DNA of 64,000 bases from Schizochytrium sp. TIO01. Taxonomy: Eukaryota; Protista; Bigyra: Labyrinthulomycetes. The notes beneath the pieces are model-generated. The model had not been told where the DNA came from. It saw nothing but the letters and a program-made list of their open reading frames with translations, and did no database searches. This document shows, in pieces, positions 38,701-45,619 of the stretch. The stretch is from positions 868,001 to 932,000 of the forward strand of contig SMSO01000035.1 of NCBI GenBank assembly GCA_004764695.1. The letters are read 5' to 3'. How positions within the stretch are numbered: position 1 is the stretch's first letter; each line of letters starts with the position of its first letter. The position numbers were made by a program, and so were the translations under genes.

Positions 38701-41700
38701 TTTCGATTCAAGAAGAAGCAGATCTCGAAGAGCTGGATCTTCAATTACAACGAGAGCAGCTAGAAGCAGAAACCACCATGGCCGAGGTTTCCAAAGATCA
38801 AGCAATTCAATCCCTCGAAGAAAGTGATCGAGCCAAGCTTGAGCAGGAAATGCTTCTTATGCGTGCCAAGATCACACAGCAAGTTGAGGATGAGGCCCGG
38901 CAAAAGATGGAAGATTTTCGTGCAAAGCTGCTCCAAGAGAAACAAGAAGAAATTGCTCAACTACAACAACGTGCGCAGGAAACTCGAGCAGTTTTGCACC
39001 GTGATGAAGCAGAAGAAGAGAATGAGCTTGATGATTTAGAGAGGGATACCTCTGTAAAGAAGAAACCTCGTGTCATCAATTTGGAAGGAGAGAAGGAAAC
39101 TGCTGTTATGCAACAAATCCTTGCAGAACTTGCTGAAGAGGAAGTCGAGGCAAAGGTTGAGATTGAGGCTGCGCTAGAGGAATCTACGCGAGAAGAAAGT
39201 CACCAGCTTCAACAAGAGTTAAGCGCCGCTCTTGCAGATGTCAAAGCTCAAGGCAAATCTGATGGAGAGGCTCAAGACTTGGTAACCTCAATTCGAGAGG
39301 ACTACAAGCGCAAGATGGATCAACTGCAGGAAGAGACTGCTACAAAGCGGAAAGCTCAGTACGAGGCTCTTAAGAACAGATTGAAGAATCGGCGTCGTAC
39401 CCGCGTTAAAGAAGCCGTGGAGGAAGAACACGTTGATGAAAAGGTACTTGAAGAGGCATTGGATGAGCACGACTCCGACGCGGATATTCGTCTTGAGTTG
39501 GAATTGCAAGCACGCAAGAAAGAAGATGCATCAAGGCGACATGAGCTGGACCGACGCGAGGCAGAAATTCGACAGCGAGAGGCAGAGATTGCGCTGCGAA
39601 TGGCAGCAGAAAAGGAAGGCAAGAATGCCGAAGAGGAGGTTAAGCGACTTCGTGCCTCGCATGAGGCAGCGATCGCAAAACTTGGAGATTCTCAGTCCCG
39701 CAAACGCGATAAACAGCGTGAGGCACTAAAACGTCGTGCTGAGGAGCGTAGGAAGAAACGTGAGGAGGAAGAAGCCGCAGCAGCCGAGGCTGCTAAGCTT
39801 GCACCCAAACAGGATTCCTCTGCAGAAGCTGGAGAAGGTAGCAATGTCGCTGAAGGCAAAGATAACGAGAATGAACAAGAGGTGGGCACTCGAAAATCCT
39901 CCACTCGAGCAACTGCACTTTGGGAGAATGCAGTGGATAGGATTTCCACTAAATTACAGAAACGAATGGAGGAAGCTCGCGCTCTTGAAGAGGAAAAGGC
40001 AAAATTAGGTGAAGAGCATCAAAAGGTAATTGAGGAGATGCGTCGTCGTCAGGAGGAAGAGCGAAAGCGGCTCGAAGAAGAAATGGAAGGCGCTCGACAG
40101 AAGCTCCTCCGAGAGCGTCAACGTGAAGAAGACGCAGCAAAGCGTCTTGCTGATGACGAACGCCGTCGCCAAGAAGAGGAGATTGCTCTTTCAGCTCAAA
40201 CTGCACAAGAACTTGAGGCTATCAAAGAGCAACACCAGCGCGAGTTCAATGCAAAACAAGAGCAAGAGCGCATGAAACGCGAAAAACAGCGCGAGAAGGT
40301 AATGAAGAAGCTTGAGGAGAAAAAAGCTCGCAAACGCGCTCTTCTGGAGCGTCGCCAGCACCAGGAGCAGAAGAAAACCGAAGCAAAATCCTCCGCACAA
40401 TTACAAGTTACTTCCTTGGTGTCGCGCGAGGATGAAGTACATCAAGAGAAGACTGCAATCGCTCAGCTCATGAAACGTGCGTCTCCAGATATCGAGCCGA
40501 ATGAACTTTATAGAGCTATTGAAAAGATTCTAGAGCCCCGTCATACTCGAGAGAAACTTGAATTGTCTCAGAAGCAATTTCAAAAGCGTACACAGCAGAT
40601 CAAAACCAAATTTGCAGAGATCCAGAATGAAAAGCACGAGAAAAAGAAAGACCTCATTCGAACCGGTGCTAGCATGGATGAGCTTGAGGCTTTGGAAGCT
40701 ACATGTAAAGAAAAACTTCGAGATACTGAAGTGCAACTCAACGAAGCTATTGAAGCTGAACAAAAGACAGAAGAGGAAGAGCTTATTAAACGTCAAGCTC
40801 AAGAAATTGGCAAATATATTGCAAAGTATAGCCACAAACCTCGGGAGTGTATTCAAGAAGATGTACAAGGAGAAAGCGTGGAGCTTCGAGCAATTTTGCA
40901 AAAGGAGCGGGAATTTCGACTGCGAGAGATCCAAAACGAACGTACTTCTGCTGAACAAAACGCAAGAGATTCATTCGATAAGGCTATTCTAGAGCTTGAC
41001 CGTGCACTCAAGGAGCATGTCGTGGAAAATCAAGCGGCAGCAGATGCTGCATTTCAGACTAGAAAGAACAAACTTTTGCAAAAACAAACAACGTCTCATG
41101 ATGTTTTGCTGAAAACAGCACGAAGTGATCAACATCGAGCAGAGATGCGAGCGGAGTTTAGTCGCGATCGTGAGCGTCTCTCCACTGCAATCCGTGCTGA
41201 GCATTTGCGTCAGGTGAAGAGCGTTGAGGTGCGAGTGGAGCGTCTCAAAGCCAAATCTGCGCGATACTTTCGACGCGTTCTCGAGACTCGCCTTCGTGAC
41301 ATTGCCGATATGACATCGCGTAAGATTGTTATCATGGACAGTGCTCTTCAAAGGATGTTTGCTCAGCGTGACTTCAGGGCAGATGCTATTGTATCTACAC
41401 CTGCCTCAGCCTTGAGCCCTCCTGGTTCTCCTACTGGTGGGCCTGACGCATTTTACTACGAGCAGGCCCTTCCTTCAGAAGTGAGCCCTAGAACTGTCGA
41501 GGAACTACAAGCCATGCGTAAAGCAGAGTCAATGCGTAGACTAGAGTCTATTAATCGCGGCACGCCATCTCAACAATCGCAAGGGCATGCTACCACTTCC
41601 CTTTCAACTGCATCTCTCGAGAAGAAACTTGAGTCTATTGAGATACTGCTTCAGTCGATGCGAGGTGGAGCTATGAATAACCAAGGTTCTATCTCAACTG

Positions 41701-42695
41701 ATCATGAGGGACATATATTCCAATATACCGATCCTACGGATGCTGCATTTTCTACATCCTCCGAGGTTATCGAAGTAGATCAGGACGAACTTCTTCCGAT
41801 GGAAAAGTCTCGCCTCCGTCTTGGGGCAAGGATAGCGCGAATCTTAGGCCTTAACAGACAGATACAGTTTCTCGCAGCTCGATCAGTACCTGTAAATGCT
41901 GCTCAACAATCGGCGTTCAGTAAGTCCTTTCATTGGGATGCCGATAATATGAAGCTCTTCCTTCGCGTAGAAAGGCTCACGAGCATAGGGGACTTCATCC
42001 TTGTCCTGGTGCATTGCTTGGCTCACATAAAGGTTCATAAAAGATCGGCTGCGTTTATAGACTCGGATCCTGCCTTCATTCAAGAGTTTCATGCTCAATT
42101 ACGTACTGTCAACAGCGAGTTGATTGGGTTTTCTGGTATTGAAGCAGAACAAGAAGATGAGGAGAACCATACAGTTAAGTCAGAAGTTGAGCCAGTACGC
42201 AAATTGCACCTTCCAGCTCGCTTGTCCGCCTACTCAGCATTCTCTGACGATAAGAAGAATGACGGCTCAGCCGTATTTAAACTCCTACGAGATCTGAAGC
42301 TGGATCGTGTAGAATTTGACCTCGAGGACAAAAAAGCCCCAGAGGCTTTAGCAGCTCTGACACCTCCCACGACTGAGCATGCCATGCAAACAAAACTGAA
42401 AACCCAGGTATCCGAATTAGAGAGGAAGATTTCTGAGACTATCTCACAGATCAGAGCATGCAAAGATCAAATTGCAAAATTACAAGTCCAACTTGATCAA
42501 GAGGGCACAACCTCAGACAGAGAGACTCTTCACGCGAAACTTGATTCATTGATTGAGAGTAATGCTGCTAATCAGCAGCGACTTACAAAACTTGAGGCGA
42601 TGCTTTTAGAGCGTAAGGAACAGCTTCAACGCTTTATTGAACAAGATGAAGATATGAAAGTCGCTGTCTCAGCTGGACTTTTACAGAATGAATAA
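26736..42695 (+). CDS. Giant type I membrane protein (5319 aa): signal peptide, PT-rich stalk, Calx-beta/Ig-like repeats, GCC2/GCC3 (ephrin-receptor-like) Cys-rich repeats, one TM helix, coiled-coil cytoplasmic tail
   Basis: Uninterrupted 15,960-nt ORF. Hydrophobic segment ending ...AVLVLG/QPT; dozens of CPAG(Y/T)YC motifs from ~31585 to 36990; TM helix WSLLGALLGGMAGLVSLLLVVVFCF at 37626-37700; E/K/R/Q-rich heptad region from ~37900 to 41370. Confidence 0.93.
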   Translation: MATSSSRVTHLSSRYKRASWPVTVRSAKLHRLFSYIILALLYYAVLVLGQPTNLPTTSPTSLPTSMPTTSPTSAPSSNPTDAPTTPDPTAAPTDAPTTPDPTAVPTNAPTTPDPTMAPTDAPTTPDPTMAPTDAPTTPDPTSAPTIAPTTAPTDSPTYAPTSEPKRLSLSTTSLPVVEGGKNRTYVITLDYNPVWEGDQVCVNMTVLGLDPDVRGIHILPNATCLTSYGEQRSIVVFVDRDFVEPINLQTFTIEHSNLDEPAVLTVPIINVDYASVLTSASSGYVQQGVLGGAGAQNAQYNITLATTPLEDVVIDLSADSSSLVIISPSTLTFAANATPTQQIITISAADAETVYDVDSATIRLNHEVTSADTNYDGASVTDYIVAWKGADHPRVTLSTSYLQVVEGSSTVRTFTVRLDLAPSDGTVGVSLDSSTLADGAALTISPSELNFTTSNYATAQTVQVTYSRDYEYRGATTMLFNITATITEGSSEPYADAQYVEFWPDSIVAVDVEEVDQAVVYTSDTSGSVYQGTIGGAGAINISYTIGLSSIPEEDVIVTIAADKDELVTISPSQITFSAGELPSAKTIVVSAADATVIDDVSYDDVVLTYTVTSDDIDFDGATVAGFSISWYGAARPKVITSLESIDLTEGSSTGASFTVKLGAPPSDGPAFVSLYSQTLEDGSILSITPDELEFSTSNWSSPQRVQVTYPLDHYDRGADEFAFELFLEVLTNASSQPYALSEYIVYWPTDAITTTVREADQASVVLSSVLGTVRQGVIGGAGALNVLYTIELTSIPTDNVTLSIEPDNSTLVTVSPSSIVFLADELPEPQTITVSAADATLVYDVSSAILNLVHYVESTDTVYDNMFVNNFVVDWFGASRPKVIASASALELQEGSNAGASFTIKLGVAPSDGDVKIALQSSHLQDDATLVIVPSEIVFSLSNWSLVQTVRVTYPRDNEYRGSDEMEFSLEIVIAEGSSQPYQNQTYVVFSPGQNISATVYEVDEPGVILSTVSGTVQQGVIGGAGAVSAQYSISLASIPEGNVTISISADKESLVSISPSEITFAAQTTPAAQMITVSAVDSTQISNVSSTTVVLSHTAQSSDSYYNGIEVSDYVATWYGASRPRVVLSLQSLEIVEGANTVSFMSLKLGVEPSNGTVKIDVASSLLDDSMQLTLSPTSFTFGVDNYTQEQVLQISYPRDYVDRSAASFQFNIDFEVGEGSSQPYTDPQYVQFWPSSIVVVTVVEADQAAIAMSSIRGIINQADLNGAGGMNSSYTITLATIPVNDVTITLVADQAELVTIIPNILVFSAEVMSEPQTITISAADATQVSDESFDVVVINHTVTSNDTNYDQASISDYTIDWYGAEHPRVVLSASTIEVIEGTSVATTFFVKLALAPTINDVVIDVSSNILEDGSTLTLAPAQLTFSTSNWNTEQSVRVTYNEDNIYRGAEITTFNITLTVAEDSGSPYNDAQYVQFWPSDIVAANVYDADLPEIVLSEQSVYVTENGQNAEYQIALNSMPESVVTISIAWSNTDLINVEPSNFSIHPINWTEPHTILVSALESDDDNAYDLLSAITILEHSATSSDPDYDGEDARFSPTHYLIVRRYENPDVPNCPAGTYLHTIECIACPAGFACSGDSNDPVPCKLGSFSISGQTECTLCPAGKQCPSTSANTMEDCVDGSYSEVGQSNCTLCPAGYMCPDTKAAIVQSCIAGTYSVGGQTNCTACPAGSACPSTLGTGIYPCSSGTYSLAKATICQDCPAGYACTSTEHPPTEADKCQPGSYSVLGAFACTTCPAGFACPDTTAAERYSCGFSSSATNFTYSTAGSPICITCPAGQSCTETGTLTDCESGSYSLLGERDCTDCPEGSSCSVTNAAPIKCSPGNYQSLSGQTKCDQCEAGSYCPYAGTITPSTCSANSYSDSGASNCTACPAGYYCTVGSTVDTYQKCEEGTYCPSDEGIKNCPAGKYGTKTGATSEADGCASCPAGYYCLEKTTDTSKQECDPGYYCLEETDTRTKYPCPAGTYNPDSGGMSDSDCLSTPAGHYTYSGSSEISLCPAGYFCEDGADGPHNNPCPAGTYNSATGKSSEDDCVVCEKGYYCDQASTAMTLCPQGTYNPYSGVGGNSSCLPCEKGYACPRMGLYNSYSYSCAPGYFCPTGSKSVTERPCPAGTFSDAYNLYQAKDCENCPAGKACAEGITSSEALVCSPGHYCPLGTPTPTQHDCPGGTYSSSSGLTAASECTTCPAGRYCEGGLSYIGGSDDADGYCGLGYYCPQGTIYSTQYACPEGTYSSSASLESMDQCTACDLGHYCANTAMTSPTVCSGGTYANETSLTACKTCPAGYECPEGTDEPVACLKGEYSASGQSECSPCLAGHYCYLQATTEAVMESQACAAGLWCPGSVDVEPSLEEYACPVAQYCVQGTSAPAECPPGTYNSVTGQKNQSGCKACDAGFYCLANSSAVSGTCDPGYYCPQGSSGSTQIACPAKTYRNQSQGGSLDDCSICPSGSYCTQASVNPTLCPRGSYCLTASSAPQYCPIGRYSNRSGLINAQACSPCPGGFYCDSSDPTTPTGLCEAGYYCLEGSYTSTPNAAGTNWTQVLDPFQLALVSGNIGDICPFGHYCEEGSSTPIACPSGTFCNILGAKSIDDCSDCVAGQYCAGSGNEGPTGDCYAGYFCPAGSASPVEEIAPAGTYAPEGSSKALDCPYGTFNSEVGKENCTACLPGYYCNSTKLETAKLCPQGSYCPSGSVIPKLCPKGTYSNMTQLTAVEDCTPCDAGSYCASNGLTKPSGLCSSGYYCTLASSMREPSNNVSFGNVCPAGYYCEEGSASPEPCPLGTYGNTERAKTVSDCKSCEPGNYCGERGLTEPSGPCSAGYFCNGTASIASQTPDLICPEGYYCPAGTSHPIRCEEGSYAPDQGMASCTVCPGGYYCTGIDTTQAFLCPEGSYCPPGTGATPPKCPPGTFSDIQGLANITSCSICPAGNFCENYGLLNTSGVCDEGYVCDAGSITQYGGGVTCLNTDNLEHECPRGFYCMYGRTIKCPIATYNPILGQATRESCRPCEAGYWCFDEATAYQTDYPCPVGHYCESSTALPIPCPSGTYRDIAGGANFSDCTTCPPGKYCPGDAALTPLLSENNVTHVYWNASSGSSFALSCPAGTYCTGGNVEPQLCPIGYGAADPEMSITRDSIDSACIPCPAGTSGSDPLRLECVTCDPGYVCVDRATTPTPLELDLEGGYICPVGYYCPAGTLEEVPCPPGSYANETGGYDVTVNCHVCARNTYNDLWGASGCKPCASSSSSSSGSQECTCQGRNRAFEPSTGKCLCMPGFEAYDQTSGFTTKVPTDEDGTDDCQPITYSRCSLGQVLNADGVCVTEDEECATECADLLGTGRLSTVLGVCDCDGLLPLDQVCGSSCRGNATSGQLVSDTSIIQLSNGSTVNLEDFDGFYGATACNNASSCPAYGCIFGLDGSSACDYNIANILDGTYGSLRRRLVTTSDDSTPATQITRPVVCINVDNTIIFRLEAESDDADPAYPVYKKDSLLNTNDEFDYGYFRYLEGAAYVRVFAFTFQEAGLYVFGSSQNLESELVISVQARGSTCPTEDTIMPRSTSTLFSLGARRSETILLEPDWSLLGALLGGMAGLVSLLLVVVFCFREFALGTVRITPRYRTKNSLGNIKKVLASKFKIKSRSVAPIAKAFKGGDTDREGLTPLGTARWAEEDMDPRELVERLVSNHEEVSDHLNRHDAKVENLFGNLQKDSLELKALLNAIKEDGVRTIGATTAIHETISKAAQGDTVEGGGEDSFWSTPRSEENLEGSLDDIHQREQELLERSWQESAERELEELNSKLDAEAEEAMLEEQLKHEEQLEEMERMLLERDDISEEERERILRDFERDQEILRDTLDLEKRRQQEDLKNRLAERNLRSYRATKRRQRSEKADEVTLKTTIGQASEEGSEGVGITKEETTEEAEVREKREARKKEQVSKLLSIQEEADLEELDLQLQREQLEAETTMAEVSKDQAIQSLEESDRAKLEQEMLLMRAKITQQVEDEARQKMEDFRAKLLQEKQEEIAQLQQRAQETRAVLHRDEAEEENELDDLERDTSVKKKPRVINLEGEKETAVMQQILAELAEEEVEAKVEIEAALEESTREESHQLQQELSAALADVKAQGKSDGEAQDLVTSIREDYKRKMDQLQEETATKRKAQYEALKNRLKNRRRTRVKEAVEEEHVDEKVLEEALDEHDSDADIRLELELQARKKEDASRRHELDRREAEIRQREAEIALRMAAEKEGKNAEEEVKRLRASHEAAIAKLGDSQSRKRDKQREALKRRAEERRKKREEEEAAAAEAAKLAPKQDSSAEAGEGSNVAEGKDNENEQEVGTRKSSTRATALWENAVDRISTKLQKRMEEARALEEEKAKLGEEHQKVIEEMRRRQEEERKRLEEEMEGARQKLLRERQREEDAAKRLADDERRRQEEEIALSAQTAQELEAIKEQHQREFNAKQEQERMKREKQREKVMKKLEEKKARKRALLERRQHQEQKKTEAKSSAQLQVTSLVSREDEVHQEKTAIAQLMKRASPDIEPNELYRAIEKILEPRHTREKLELSQKQFQKRTQQIKTKFAEIQNEKHEKKKDLIRTGASMDELEALEATCKEKLRDTEVQLNEAIEAEQKTEEEELIKRQAQEIGKYIAKYSHKPRECIQEDVQGESVELRAILQKEREFRLREIQNERTSAEQNARDSFDKAILELDRALKEHVVENQAAADAAFQTRKNKLLQKQTTSHDVLLKTARSDQHRAEMRAEFSRDRERLSTAIRAEHLRQVKSVEVRVERLKAKSARYFRRVLETRLRDIADMTSRKIVIMDSALQRMFAQRDFRADAIVSTPASALSPPGSPTGGPDAFYYEQALPSEVSPRTVEELQAMRKAESMRRLESINRGTPSQQSQGHATTSLSTASLEKKLESIEILLQSMRGGAMNNQGSISTDHEGHIFQYTDPTDAAFSTSSEVIEVDQDELLPMEKSRLRLGARIARILGLNRQIQFLAARSVPVNAAQQSAFSKSFHWDADNMKLFLRVERLTSIGDFILVLVHCLAHIKVHKRSAAFIDSDPAFIQEFHAQLRTVNSELIGFSGIEAEQEDEENHTVKSEVEPVRKLHLPARLSAYSAFSDDKKNDGSAVFKLLRDLKLDRVEFDLEDKKAPEALAALTPPTTEHAMQTKLKTQVSELERKISETISQIRACKDQIAKLQVQLDQEGTTSDRETLHAKLDSLIESNAANQQRLTKLEAMLLERKEQLQRFIEQDEDMKVAVSAGLLQNE
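26970..27164 (+). repeat. Coding tandem repeat, 5 x 39 nt, encoding PTDAPTTPDPT(A/M)A
   Basis: Near-identical units start at 26970, 27009, 27048, 27087 and 27126. Confidence 0.95.
27555..31225 (+). repeat. Five diverged ~733-nt (~244-aa) two-domain coding repeats
   Basis: The motif QG(V/T)(L/I)GGAGA recurs near 27591, 28323, 29058, 29790 and, more diverged, 30522. Each unit also has WYGA.RP.V and SSQPY...YV.FWP. Confidence 0.9.
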
Positions 42696-42789
42696 GCCAT
42701 CCTTACAGTTCAAATACATTAAAATTAAATTGAAATTGAATAATATGCTTTGATTTTTAGTCTTTGGTCAAAGTTCAGCTTGCCTTCTT

Positions 42790-44935
42790 TCACTTAGATA
42801 GGATTGTAACCTGCGTATGCTGAAGAATCTTATGAGCAAGTTTGGGTCTAAAAGTTGCAAGCTTTTCCCCGAGAGCTCTTATATCGAGCATATATGCGCG
42901 CAAATCATGACCACCTTTTCGATGATTTCGATCAAGATTTCTCGAAAGTTTTGTCTGAATAGAGACCTCATATTTGCACAGCTCTTTGTAGAGGTTCTCC
43001 CATATGGCTAGAAGCTCTGTTGCTTGAGATTCGTTCCATTCCACGGTTTCTGATGACCCCTGCATAAGGGTTGTACGGCGGCCTAAAATGTCGATTTTGG
43101 CCCCAACGAATAGATCATAGGCCTCCAGATTTCCATACTTTCCCATCACATGTGAAAGAGTATAAACCTTTTCAGCTCCCTGAATAATGATTTGAAAATT
43201 TCCAGAACTAACATGGAAGTATATATCCATGTAGCGTCGAATTGCTTTATCTATGTGTGCAGTGTTGTCGTTCCACCAAGATTTAAACACCAACGTTTCC
43301 GGTGGAGCCCCAGTGTCCCTTCTTCCACTTTTGTAAACAAGGTTTCGAGCTCGGTGTGCTTTGTGTGCTAGGTTTGAAAAGGTACCCCTGTCAAGATTTT
43401 GACGAACTTGGAAGGACTCATTTATCTTCGACATAAGAAAGCCGTTATCGTCTTTCATTACAAACCCGCATTCAGGGTCCGGTGCCGTGCCGCGCGCTAT
43501 CCGCTTAGCAAAATTGTAGTAGTATTCTACTTCTGCTTTGTAATAGTTGTCGTCTTCGTCCTTAAATTTATATGGATATGCAAATCGGATCCATACTAAC
43601 TCAGGGTCATAATCTGCATTCAGCGCGGACAATTTACGAAGTTGCTCTAGCTGTTGGCGTTCATGCTGAATAACTTCGAAAAAATAGGCAGTCCCAGGAT
43701 GATCATCGCGTTCCTCTTTGGTCTCTGCATGGCGAAATAAAGGCTGCTGCGATCCCAAAGGCCTAAGAACCTGCCAACCAGGCGGTAAAGGTGTTTGCAA
43801 TGCCTGCAAGACCACCCAGACCAGATGCGGTTCTGTTTCAGTGTCAATTGACCACAACGCAGCAAGATCCAGCACCTGAGCATGTGTCACGTGGTGATAT
43901 GGTAGGATTGGCCACTCTGTATGCATGGAATCATTGCTTTTCTGCGTGAGGAGTACCTCGAGAAGTATGGACGACACAGTACACGATGTTTTAGATCGAT
44001 GATCCTCGATCGTTTTGCATGACTCTAAAAGTTCAACGAACGCTTCAAAATCAAGACGCTCATTTTCTATACAACAAAGGTCTGCCAAGGCATTGCCAGC
44101 AGCAATACAGAGAAACCAGTTACATGTCGAGCATACTGCTCGAAACTCTATTCTCTCTTCAATAGCATCAAGAATAGATTCGGCATGAATTTGTGATAAA
44201 TCTTCATCTTTTTCTTCTCCTCTAGCACGTTCTTTCTCAAAGGAAAGAACACCATTGAAGATATCACGAAGCGCCACAAGTGTTTTAGCAGTTGCAGGGC
44301 GAGAAGAGGAGGGGCGATGTTTTGTCCAAAGACTGGCAAACTCCCGAATGCCTATCCTTGCAGACCCTGACGCTCTGTGATTAACCCAAGTTTCAAATGA
44401 AAAATATCAAAGCCAATAATACGAGCGTTTCAAGTAAAGACATTAGCTTCCACATGTTTAGGAGAGTTGTTTATCCCAAAACCTTGCCTTAATCGTAACT
44501 TACACAAGATCCACAATGAAGTCATCTGTTAGAGTCTCCTGAATGCAAAGTGGACGCAGCCACTTTGAGCGATAGATAAATCGCAACACCTCGGGGTCAC
44601 GTTTGCGAAGCAACTAGGATTGTGATCCGAAAACCATTGTTGAGGGCAAAATATGTTGTAGTCATGATCCAATTCGCAAGTGTTAGGACACTTGAGGTCT
44701 CTACTCTGTAAAAAATAAATAACAAACTTACTTTAAATAAGGCTGGGACATCAAGAGAATCTGCACTTGGGGCGCTCCACTCGCGAAGGTCATCGCTCTC
44801 GGAATCAGTGCTCTCCTCCGGTTCTCTAGTTATAGCTGTTTGGCGCTTACTGCTGTTGCTGCTGTCAATAACCTTGAGGTCAATGAGGGTTGTAAGCTCT
44901 CGCAAGGCTTTCAAGCCTTCAGAGTTCTGCGCCAT
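42790..44935 (-). CDS. EF-hand-like / CEP164-type WW / DM10-like domain protein, ~632 aa. Exons 44935-44732, 44613-44504, 44374-42790.
   Basis: Two GTAAGT..AG introns with matching phases (0 and 2) join into one open frame. IDTETEPHLVWVVLQALQTPLPPGW...DHP resembles the CEP164 N-terminal WW region. LVFKSWW...RRYMDIYF...DLFVGAKIDILGRRTTL resembles DM10. Confidence 0.8.
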
Positions 44936-45619
44936 CTCGATGCGAGCGCCTTCAAAAACTACAGATTGGCTTCAATTCAGCTTTTGCCGTCTTTCCTTTG
45001 TCTACAGCATTAATCGCCAGAACTAAGTTACCTAGAACAACGATTAGCTCTTAAAAGACAAAAGTACACACCCTTTTGATGTACAACACGTGTATTGAGT
45101 GCAGAAGAGCCAAGGGGAACACATAAAGAATAATTAACAGGAAATATTGGTAATAAGCTTTGCGGTTTGTTTGACAGGTTGTTGCATAGACTTTAAAGGG
45201 TAGGTACCACTGTCATGAAGTGCGTTTCATTCCCATTTATTTTCATTTTGTAGTTTATTTCTATTTAACTTTTATTCATTTTTTAAAATTGTTCTTAAAA
45301 TTATATTTTTTCATTTTTTTCATTTTTTATTTTTTTTCATTTTTTTCTGTTCCAGTATGTCCTTTCATAAACGGATCTGTGCATTGTCTAATAATATATG
45401 ACTTTTCCATTCAAAATGCTGAATGGTATGGCAACTTTCTTCCTTCCTTTTTATCATGGCGAGTAGCTAGCTCAACACGAAAATTCATAGTAGAAACTGC
45501 GGTTGTTTTATAGGAATAGAACACTCACTACCTGTTAGTCATGATTATTGAAGATGGTTCAGGCAAAATACATCCTAGGGTTGCTGCAACAATCAATGTA
45601 AACAGAATATAAATTGTAT

